DNA from: Felis catus
Lineage: Eukaryota
Assembly: GCF_018350175.1 (NCBI RefSeq)
Contig: NC_058368.1
Coordinates: 211,050,001 to 211,114,000 of the forward strand
Length of the DNA: 64,000 nucleotides
Direction: 5' to 3'
Below are positions 37,451-47,887 of the stretch, in pieces. The notes beneath the pieces are model-generated. The model saw only the letters and a list, made by a program, of their open reading frames with translations, was not told the DNA's origin and did not search any database. Numbering within the stretch: the first letter of the stretch is position 1; each line of letters opens with the position of its first letter. The translations under genes and the position numbers were made by a program.

Positions 37451-38954
37451 TACCACCTGTCAAAAGTTCAGAAATAACAGAAGTAAAACCAATGAACCAC
37501 TGTTAATTGTGCACATACCAAAAAGAAAATTTGCAAACCAGGAACACTCAAACCAAAACATGGGAGGAGGCTCAAGGGTATATTGTTATAAAGCAGCTTA
37601 TATCATGAGAAAGCAGTGATTTTATTATTTGCAGTGATTGGTTATAATACTAGAATTTTCTTAAAGAATGAGGAATTGATCAATGGTTATCTCATATCAA
37701 CCTTGAGAAACAGTTTAAATTTACTTATGATTTTTAGAGACACAAGCAAAGAGTGACCCAGGTCAAATAAAAGCTAAATTCAGTTTTGTTTGTATGACTT
37801 AACTGGTTTTGTCTGCTCAAGGAATTTTGAAGGCAAGTATCTATTTGTTTTTTATTTTAACATACCTATCCACTAACAAACCCAGGGTTAGTTAGGAAGA
37901 GTCCAGACTAAGACTCAGGCCTTCTGGTTCCCAGTCCAATGCTCTTTTCACCATGTTGCATTACCCTGAGTGTGGATAGAATGCCCTGGGGAGAAAGTAG
38001 GGGGGGTTGAGGGAGGGAGAACTTGATATAGAATTCCCAAACCCCAATCCCCAGAAGAACTGGGGAAATCCTTTGAGTTTTCACTTCTCTTACCAAAAAT
38101 AACCTTCCCTATTTCTAAATTTAGTCAGAAAAATGCACATTGGCAAAGACAAAAAGGTAGCCTTGCTCTAGAAAAGACTTCTAAGATTCTCCCTAATTCC
38201 CACACCTTGGGCCTCAGTGAAGATGAAGATCAGGGAAGTTTTCACTTCAAACCAGGAAGGAAACAGTGGCCTCCAGCCACAGATCCTTGTCACCTGAGGC
38301 TGTTGAGATGGTGAAAATTCACTGCTGAAAGCTTCCTTTGTGTTTTATTTTCCTTCTTCCCCAAAGAGCTGAGAGGTGGAGTAAGGAGAAAGGGGTGGGC
38401 TCAGTTTATAAAGCTGACTCTGAAAGATTTCATCAAGAAAGTGAACGCTTAGGAAGGACACGTGAAGCAAAATCTCAGAGAAAGAAACCAAGGAAGAACA
38501 CAGAAATAACAATTATCAATAGTATTATCCTATGGCAGCAGCAGGACTATCTATTTAGCATGAAAGTCAGCTCACGTCATGCTACTCAAGGCCTCAGTGG
38601 TTTCCCTCTTCCCTCCCAAGAGGAAACTTAACTTCAGAAAGGCACTGCATAGTCCTCGTTCAGAACTCTGCTCAAATTGTGTTTTTGAAGGGGCTCATCT
38701 TGACTCTCTGACTAAATTCAAACTCTCCCTCTCTCACTTCTCTGTTTTACCTCTTAGCATATACCACTACCTAACATGTGGTTTATTTGTTTGTTTTTAG
38801 TCTCTTCTCCCCCAAGCTCCAGACTATAATGCCAGGGAAAACATCTCAGACTGAGTCTAATTTTTTTCCTGCTATAATCCAGCATATAAAACTGAAACTG
38901 GTAATGGTCGATGGATGGGTGAATTAATGAATGAATGAAAAAATGAATGAACAT

Positions 38955-39153
38955 GGGCGCCTGGGTGGTTCAGTCAGTTCAGCTCAGGTCATGATCTCAG
39001 AGTTGGTGAGTTTGAGCTCCCCCACATCGGGTTCTCTGCTATCAGCACAGGTCCCGCCTCAGATTCTCGGTCTCCCTCTCTCTCTGCCCCTCCCCTGCTT
39101 GCTGGCACTCTTCTCTCTCTCTCTCTCTGTCAAAATAAATAACATTAAAAAAA
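38955..39153 (+). mobile_element. Can-SINE (older, with a head deletion)
   Basis: GGGCGCCTGGGTGGTTCAGTCAGTTCAGCTCAGG. Confidence 0.9.
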
Positions 39154-39160
39154 ATGAATG

Positions 39161-39389
39161 GGGGCGCCTGGGTGGCGCAGTCGGTTAAGCGTCCGACTTC
39201 AGCCAGGTCACGATCTCGCGGTCCGTGAGTTTGAGCCCCGCGTCGGGCTTTGGGCTGATGGCTCAGAGCCTGGAGCCTGTTTCCGATTCTGTGTCTCCCT
39301 CTCTCTCTCTGCCCCTCCCCCTTTCATGCTCTGTCTGTCTCTGTCCCAAAAATAAATAAACGTTGAAAAAAAAAATTAAAAAAAAAAAA
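39161..39389 (+). mobile_element. Young SINEC_Fc inserted at the tail of the preceding SINE
   Basis: Near-consensus; flanked by AAAAAAATGAATG repeats. Confidence 0.96.
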
Positions 39390-39774
39390 TGAATGAATGA
39401 ATGAAACTAGGAGTAAAAAAAGAAAGCACATAGGTAAAGATAGTAACAAAAAGATGAATAATCTCAACAGTAAGGAGACCTGAAAATGAGGTTTGTCACC
39501 CAAAGATGGACAGGAAGATGGGGCAAGATGAGAGGAACTGATAAATCCTCAGTGGCTAAAAAAAGTAAGAATGTTCATCTTATCTGCAAACCCAACCGAA
39601 GGCCTATATTTTAAGAGCTCTTTCTCTCTAGTCTCACATACACAAAAATGATTCTGATAGCTTTTATTTAGTGAGCCAGACATATGATCTGTATTAGTTC
39701 CAGTCTTCACAATGACCCTGAGCAATGAATTATTATCCCTACTTCACAGATGAGGAAAGTAAAGGCAAAAGGCA

Positions 39775-39930
39775 AAGCAATTTATTCACAATAGCCAAAA
39801 GTTGAACACCACCCAAATGGCCATCAACGAATGAACGGATAAATAAAATGTATGTATATCTTTAACATAGAGTATTATTTAGCCACAAAAAAGGAAGGAG
39901 CTATTAATACATACTATGACATGGATAAAC

Positions 39931-39963
<33 letters not shown>

Positions 39964-40500
39964 ATGTGCTATGCGAAAGAAGCCAGACACAAAAAGTTAC
40001 ATACTGTATAAATTCCATTAATATGGGGGCGCCTGGGTGGCGCAGTCGGTTAAGCGTCCGACTTCAGCCAGGTCACGATCTCGCGGCCTGTGAGTTCGAG
40101 CCCCGCGTCGGGCTCTGGGCTGATGGCTCAGAGCCTGGAGCCTGTTTTCGATTCTGTGTCTCCCTCTCTCTCTGCCCCTCCCCCGTTCATGCTCTGTCTC
40201 TCTCTGTCCCAAAAATAAATAAACGTTGAAAAAAAATTTATAAAAAATTCCATTAATATGAAATAACCAGAATAAGTACATCCATAGAAACAGAAAGCAG
40301 ATTGGTTGTCAAGGACTGGGAGGAGAAGGACAAGGAATGACTGCTCAGTGGGGGTATATGGGCTCTTCTCAGGGGGTGATTAAAAGGTTTTGGAATCACC
40401 TAGATACAGGTGATGGTTGTACAGCACACAACATTGTGAATAAAATAAATGCCACTGTATTGTACACTAAGATAGTTAATTTTATGTTCACCTCAATAAT
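39775..40500 (+). mobile_element. L1MB-like 3' fragment
   Basis: TTATTCACAATAGCCAAAA...CCCAAATGGCCATCAAC...GAAAGAAGCCAGACACAAAA...CACCTCAAT. Confidence 0.85.
40026..40246 (+). mobile_element. Young SINEC_Fc
   Basis: Near-consensus; TSD AAATTCCATTAATATG. Confidence 0.97.
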
Positions 40501-42465
40501 TAAACTAAATTAAATCAATTAAATTAAATCAAAGGGTTAGCAATTTGCACAGTGTTAAAGTGAGCTCCTCTAGTTTAAATGAAAGGGCACAAAACAACAA
40601 TAAGAAAGCATATGGAAGTATAAAACTCACTGGTAAAAGTAAAGATAAGGTAAATACACAACCCTGTAATACTGTAACGGTGGCATGTAAATCATTTTTA
40701 TTTTAATATAAAAGGTTAGAGGTAGTATCATGAATAACTATAATTATATACCTACAGATATTTGGTCATGAAACGCAATATAAAAAGATGTAAATTGTCA
40801 CATTGATAGCATATGGGGGAGAGGTCAAAGTGTAGAATTTTTATATACTATAGAAATAATGTTGTTATTAGCTCAAAATTAACTCATAAGTATAAAATGT
40901 CTTATATAAGCTTCATAGTTACCAAAAAGAAAATACCCATAAAAAATAAACAAAGAAGAACAAATTAAAGCATATTACTAAAAAAAAATCAACATGACAC
41001 AAAAAGAAGAAAGTGAGAGGAAATGAGGAACAAAAGAACTGCAAGACAGACAAAAAACAATTAGCATAATGTCAGTAGTAAATCCTTTCATATCAATAAT
41101 TCCTTCAACATAAATGGATTAAACTCCCCAGTCAAAAGAATGGCTGAATTAATTTTTAAAAAGAACCTACTATATGCTATCTATAATAGACTCGTTTTAG
41201 ATTTAAGGGCAAATAGGCTAAAAGTGAAGAGGTGAAGATATTCCACACAAATGGTAAAAACAAAACAAAACAAAACAAAACCCACAGACATGGCCATACT
41301 TACATCAGACAAAACAAACTTTAAGTAAAAAACTGTCACTAAACACAGAGAAGGACATTATGTAATGGCAAAAGGATCAATTCATCAAGAAGATATAACA
41401 AAATTATATATGCACTTGACAACAGAGCACCCAAGTATATAAAGCAAACATTGACAGATCTGAAGGGAGAAATAGACAATAACATAATAATAGTAAAAGA
41501 CATCAATAACCCACTTTCAGTAATGGATAGGATATCCAGGCAGAAGAGCAATAAGGGAACAGAGGATTAGACAACACTACAGACCAAATAAACCTAACAG
41601 AAATACACAGAACATTCCACTCAACAGCAGTAAAATACACATTCTCTTCAAGCACACGTGGAACATTTCCCAAGAAAGAGCCCATGTTAGGTCACAAAAC
41701 TAGTTTTAGTTTCAATGTTAAGAATATTGAAATGGCATCAAGTATCTTTTCCAAAACACAACAGAAGGAAACTAGAAATCAATAACAGAAGGAAAACTAG
41801 AAAATTCACAAATGAAAGTGGAAATTAAATAACACACTCTTGAACAACCATTGGGCCAAAGAAGACATCAAAACGAAAACCAGAAAATTACTTGAGACAA
41901 TTGAAAATGAAAGTGCAGCATACAAAAACTTATGGGATGCAGCAGAATAAGAACTAGCAGGAAAGTTTATAGTGATAATCGCCTACATTACAAACAAAGA
42001 AAGACTGAAAAACAAAACCCAGCCTTAAACCCCAAGGAACTAGAAAAAGAAGAAAAAACAAAGCCCAAAGTTAGCAGAAGGAGTAAATAATAGAAATTAG
42101 AGAAGAAATCAATGAAATAGAGAACAGAAGAAAAACAAATAGGCAAAATCAACAAAATTCAGTTGCTCTTAAAAAAAATAACAAAACAGATGAAACTTTA
42201 GCGAGACTAAGAAAAAAAAGAGAGAGGAGAGTCAAATAAATAATATCATAAATGAAAAAGGAAATACTATACCTGACACCAGAGAAGTAAAAAGGATCAT
42301 AAGAAACTACACAAGAAAACACTTGTGTGCTATTGATAGGAAGGTAAAATAGTGTAGTTGCTATGGAAAATAGTATGGAGATTCCTCAAAAAACTGAAAA
42401 TAGGACTAACATATGACCCAGCAATCCCACTTTGGGTATATGTCCCCAAAATTGGTATCAGGATC

Positions 42466-42683
42466 TTTTTTTTCATATTTATTTATTTATTTTTGAGATA
42501 GAGAAAGTGAGAACACAAATGGAGGTGGGGGGCAGAGAAAGAGGGAGACGCAGAATCCAAAGCAGGCTCCAGGCTCCCGAGCTGTCAGCACAGAGCCCAA
42601 CACGGGGTGCGAATCCACGAACTATGAGATCATGACCTGAGCTGAAGTTGGCCACTTAACCGACTGAGCCACCCAGGAGGTCC
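42466..42683 (-). mobile_element. Can-SINE inside L1
   Basis: TSD TATCAGGATCTT. Confidence 0.93.
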
Positions 42684-42945
42684 GTTATCAGGATCTTAAA
42701 GAGATATTTGAACTCTCGTGTTCACTGCAGCATTAGTCACAGTAGCCAAGATATGGAAACAACTTAAGTATCCAAGGACAGATAAATGGACAAAGAAAAC
42801 ATGGTATGTACATACAGTGGGATGTTATTCAGCCTGTAAAAATGAAAATCCTGTTATATGAGAGAACATGGCTGAACCTGGAGGCTGTGATGCTAAGTGA
42901 CATAAACCAGTCACTTATAATAGGTATCTAAAATAGTCAAACTCA

Positions 42946-43060
42946 GACGCCTGGGTCAGTCTTGAGCATCTGACTCTTGATTTCAGCTCAGGTCACGATC
43001 CCAGGGTTGTGGGATCAAGCCCTGTGTCAGGCTCCGTGCTAAGTGTGGAATCCGCTTGTG

Positions 43061-43108
<48 letters not shown>

Positions 43109-43180
43109 CCCCTCTCCCCTGCTCGAATGCATTCTCTCTCTCTCACTCTCTCTCTCTAATTAATTAATTAAAAATAAATA
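42946..43180 (+). mobile_element. Older Can-SINE with expanded (CT)n
   Basis: TSD AAATAGTCAAA. Confidence 0.92.
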
Positions 43181-44580
43181 AATAGTCAAATTCATAGAAG
43201 CAGATAGTAAAATGGTAGTTTCCAGGGGCTGGATGGAGGAGACAATGGGAAGTCATTCTTCAACGGGTATAAAGTTTCAGTTATGCAACAGGAATAAGTT
43301 CTAGGAGATCTGCTGTACAACATTGGGTCTAGAGCTAACAATATTGTATAGTACACTTAAAATTTTGTTAGGAGGGTAGATGTCATGTTAAGTGTTCTTA
43401 CTACAGTTAATAAAATAAAATAAAATAAAATAAAATAAAATAAAATAAAATAAAATAAAATAAAATAAAAAACAAATATTTGCCATATATCAGAAACTTA
43501 ATTGGGAACTTAACTAACAGTGTGTTCCCCCATCCCTCCCCCAAAACACATACAAGATAGAAAAGAAGAAAGCACATAGGTCAAAGTCATTTTACCTCTG
43601 TATACAAATTGGGCATTTCAGGAGGAATACTTGTTTTACTCTCACTTGGGCTTTATCAAGTCGAACACTGAAGCAGCCGATCTTGTCAAAATACAAAGAC
43701 AGACTTGGAAGGTAATAAGCTCTAACAAGCTCCCAGGTAATGCCAATGCAGCTGGTCTAAGGACCACACTTTGAGTAGCTAGACGCACATACACTGGCCT
43801 AAAGAAACCCACGTGGCTAGTGCAGACTGACGACCACTGTATTTTATTCAGCGTGCTCAGTTTCCCTCTTCGAGTTTAGGACACATGGATCTTTATCAGT
43901 CAACAGGCCAGCTCTCTTCCTACTGCATGTCCACATGGAGAAAAATATTCCCATTTCCCATGTTCATACAGGCTCACTGTACTTAACCTAACAGTTTATT
44001 CACTAATGAGGGTTTCCTTGGAAGTAAGGAAACATTGTCTAATAATAGTAATGCTTTATATTTACACATGGTTTATAATTTACCAAGTGCACTCACACGT
44101 TAGGTCATATCAGCTTCACAATGATCCTTGGAGATAGAACAGAAGAGTGTATTATAAACCCATTTGATAGAGGCTGGCAGAGTGCCTTCAGAGTTGGAGC
44201 CATCAGGGAAAGCTTTTAGAAGAAGCTGATTTTGAATATAAAGATCAGGAATGTTTAAAATTTGGAGTAGGTGAAGACTGGGAAAAATAAAATTCCAAGA
44301 AGGAAAGATGGGATTCAAACACTATAAATATTTATTGAGCTACTACTCCAAAACCAATAAGATCAGCAAGAGCAAAGATATTTTAATTTTATTCTGTGGG
44401 AAGTAGGCACCATTAAGAACTTTAATTCCGGGAGTGATATAATCAGATTCATCATGGAAGCATTTGAGTTTCACACAAGCAAGGCTGGTGAGAGTGAGAC
44501 CATCCAGCCCAGCAGGGGGCTACTGAAGGGGGAGAAGTAAAAAATGATGAAGGCATGAATTGAAGCATTAACAGTGAAAC

Positions 44581-44728
44581 GGGATAAAGGGCTCAGTGGG
44601 TTAAGCATCCGACTTCGGTTCAGGTCATGATCTCACAGTTCATGAGGCTGAGCCCCGCATTGGGCTCAGCACCTGGAGCCTGCTTTGGATTTTGTGTCTC
44701 CCTCTCTCTCTGCTCCTCCCCGACTCCT

Positions 44729-44773
<45 letters not shown>

Positions 44774-44806
44774 AATGAATAAACATTTTAAAAAATTAAA
44801 AAAAAT
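44581..44806 (+). mobile_element. Can-SINE with (CT)n expansion
   Basis: GGCTCAGTGGGTTAAGCATCCGACTTCGGTTCAGG. Confidence 0.92.
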
Positions 44807-45028
44807 ATTTGTGCCTGATTGGATGTAGAATGTGAGACAAAGGGAACATTAACAGTTGAAGTCATCAGAAAAGATAAGGGTTTATATCTCAAGGACCATA
44901 AAAATGTACATGACCTTTGACTTAATTATGTCTCACTTAGGCTGAGAAATAAGAAAATAAATCCCTCAAAGGCAAATTTTTTTCCACAAATATGTTCATT
45001 ATAGTATTATTTATAACAGTAAAAATTT

Positions 45029-45131
45029 GGCGATGCCTGGGTGGCTCAGTTAGTTAAGTGTTCGACTTCAGTTTTGGTCGTGATCATGAATTCCAGCCCC
45101 TTCACTGGGCTCTTCACTGTCGCTGCTTGGG

Positions 45132-45181
<50 letters not shown>

Positions 45182-45217
45182 CCTCCCCTCCCAAAACAAA
45201 TAAATAAACTTAAAAAG
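45029..45217 (+). mobile_element. Can-SINE with (CT)n expansion
   Basis: GATGCCTGGGTGGCTCAGTTAGTTAAG head. Confidence 0.88.
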
Positions 45218-45289
45218 AACTGGGGAACAACTTAAATGTTCATAATATGGTATGATTAAGTAATTATTATTATTGTGCAATAAGAGTAA

Positions 45290-46760
45290 AATTACAAGAT
45301 TAAAGAAAAAATTGAGGAAATTTAAAAGACCTAAATAAACAGAGACATAGTTTCTGGGTGGAAGAACTAATGTTTCAAGGATATAAACCTTTTTCAAATT
45401 AATAAATAAGTGAATTATAATGCCCAGGAAACTTTTTTTAATTTGAACAAATTGATTCTAAAATTTTATGAAAAAAATATACGACATTTATCAAGAAAAT
45501 TTTAAAAGACTTTGATAAAGTATTTGCATTAATTGGCATTACAATATGCTATTTTTACAATACAATTATCAAAATTGTGCATTATTGGCTTGCAAATAGG
45601 CATGTCAAACAAAACAGAATAGTGCCCAGAATAAATATGAATACATATGTAAATGTAATGTGTGATATTTATACTAGAAATCAGTGAAGAAATCATGGAT
45701 TTTTCAATAAAGGGGAATGGGATAATTCACTATGCATTCAGAAGAAAATTAATCTAACATTTATAAATAAAAATATGTAATTATAGTTAAATTATATATG
45801 ATTTGCATATTATATTTAATATATTGATATATTAATATATTAATATCTTACCTAATTATATTATAATGTAAGTATATTATAATTGAATATTAATTATATA
45901 TTACACTTAGCAAATAGCAATATTTATATTTATAATATTTACAAATATAAGATATAATAAATTTAATATCTATAATATTTAAAAACAATTCCCAAGATAA
46001 AGATCTATTTTTTTTAAACTAACAGTATGAGAAGCAAAAAAGCAAAACCGAAAACCTAGAGCCTTAATAGAATATAAGTGACAGATTTGACTAGTTGAAA
46101 CTCTAGCCTTACATGCAGTGAAATTGTCCATAAACAAAACTAAGGGAAACAGGACAGGCACAGAGAAATGTTTACAGTATATTTCACAAGGTGTTAACAT
46201 GTATAATAGTAACAGAGACCTCAAAGATTAATTTTTAAAAATACAAACATACCAGAAGAAACATAGGCATATCATTGAACAGCCACAGCATGAAGAGAAA
46301 TAATTCAAATAATAATGAACACATGGACTCAACCTCCCAAGAAGTCAAGAGACTGTGAACAAGAACAATAAGACACCATGTTTGCTTACCAGACAGGCAA
46401 AAATTAGATTGACAAAAGTTCAATGGTGGCAAGAATGTGAGAAAACATCCTTGGTAGGAGTGTATGTTAGTGGGGCATGTATTGTTAAATACTTGGGGAA
46501 TAATTACTTACCCTATGACTCAGTAATCTCACTTCTAGGACTTTTTTCCATAAGATTTTTGGAGAGCAACTTGGCAGTGATCTATCAAAAGTGTAGTTCC
46601 CATTCCCTTTGACCCAACAATGCCACTTCTAAATATTTATCCTAAGGTACATGCAAAGATAATCATGGCAGGAATTCTGACGATGAAATGTTGAATTTAC
46701 CAAAGGTCTAACAATGGAAGAATAGTAGAATAAATTATAGTCCAGACAGCCATTAAAAAA
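45290..46760 (+). mobile_element. Very old L1 (L1M/L1ME-like) ORF2 3' remnants with an AT-rich tract at 45760-45980
   Basis: GAAGACCTAAATAAA-like, CAAATTGATTCTAAAATTT, TTTTGGAGAGCAACTTGGCAG...TTTGACCCAACAATGCCACTTCTA. Confidence 0.7.
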
Positions 46761-46776
46761 AAAAATGAGTTACCTT

Positions 46777-46976
46777 GGGGCACCTGGGTGGCTCAGTCGG
46801 TTGAGGGTCTGACTCTTGATTTTGGCTCAACTCATGGTCCCAAGGTCAGGGGATTGAGCTCTGTGTTAGGCTTTGCACTGAGTGTGGAGACTGCTTGGGA
46901 TTCTCTCTCTTCTTCTGCCCCCTCCCCTGCTCATGTTCTCTCTCTCTCTAAAATAAAAAAATAATATAAAAAAAAA
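46777..46976 (+). mobile_element. Older Can-SINE
   Basis: Typical head; TSD-like AATGAGTTA. Confidence 0.92.
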
Positions 46977-47236
46977 GAATGAGTTAAATCTGTAGCTAGT
47001 AACCTAAAATAAATAATTGCACTAAGCTTAAAGACAAGTCACAGGAACTATTATATTTTTAGTTTTAAAAATATTTGCATGTGCATATAGAGACATGAAT
47101 ATATACATGTGGGAAAAGGATAGATATGCCCCAGTCTGTTAATGGTGGTCACCTCCAAAGATGAGATCAGATGAAAGAGGTCCCAGGAGGGTGTGTGATT
47201 TGGGAAGGTTGTATTTGACTTTACAAATACATAGAG

Positions 47237-47451
47237 TTTTTAAAAAAATTGTAAGTGTTTATTTTTGAAAGAGAGAGAGAGAAAGTATGAGCAGGGGAGG
47301 GGCAGACAGAGAGGGAGACACAGAATCTGAAGCAGGCTCCAGGCTCTGAGCTGTCAGCACAGAGCCTGACTTAGGGCTCGAACTCCCAAATCCCGAGATC
47401 ATGACCTGAGCCGAAGTGGAATGCTTAACTGACTGAGCCATCCAGGCGCCC
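47237..47451 (-). mobile_element. Can-SINE
   Basis: Reverse SINE ending CCAGGCGCCC. Confidence 0.93.
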
Positions 47452-47472
47452 TTAGATACAGATTTAAAAAAA

Positions 47473-47689
47473 ATTTTTTTTTTAATGTTTATTTATTTTT
47501 GACAGAGAGAGACAGAGCTTGAGCGGGGGGAGGGGCAGAGAGAGAGGGAGAATCTGCTTCAGAATCTGAAGCAGGCTCCAGGCTCCGAGCTGTCAGCACA
47601 GAGCTTGACACGGGGCTTGAACTCCCAAATCCCGAGATCATGACCTGAGCCAAAGTTGGATGCTCAACCGACTGAGCCACCCAGCACCC
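47473..47689 (-). mobile_element. Can-SINE, tandem to the previous copy
   Basis: TSD GATACAGATTT. Confidence 0.93.
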
Positions 47690-47756
47690 TGATACAGATT
47701 TTTTTTAACAGTGCTATGATGTGAGTGATTTTTTTACTCTTTTGGTATTTTTAGCA

Positions 47757-47887
47757 TTTTTCTTTTTCTTTCCTCTTTCTTCTTCTTCTTCTTCTTCTTC
47801 TTCTTCTTCTTCTTCTTCTTCTTCTTCTTCTTCTTCCTCCCCCTCCTCCCCCTCCTCCTCTTCTTCTTCCTTTTTTTTTTTCCTTTT
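47757..47887. repeat. (TCT)n/(TCC)n polypyrimidine tract
   Basis: About 20 TCT units followed by TCC units and poly-T. Confidence 0.95.

Larger units (their letters stand above)
40565..43470 (+). mobile_element. Decayed L1 (inter-ORF, ORF2 endonuclease region, large internal deletion, 3'UTR, (TAAAA)n tail)
   Basis: EN remnants (AATGGATTAAACTCCCCAGTCAAAAGA; ACATTCTCTTCAAGCACACGTGGAACATT); jumps near 42315 to the ORF2 C-terminus; (TAAAA)n at 43410-43470. Confidence 0.88.

Noticed and set aside
39158..40281. Recurrent ORFs MGAPGWRSRLSVRLQ... and MAQSVK... across the window
   Set aside because: Can-SINE read-throughs, not a gene family
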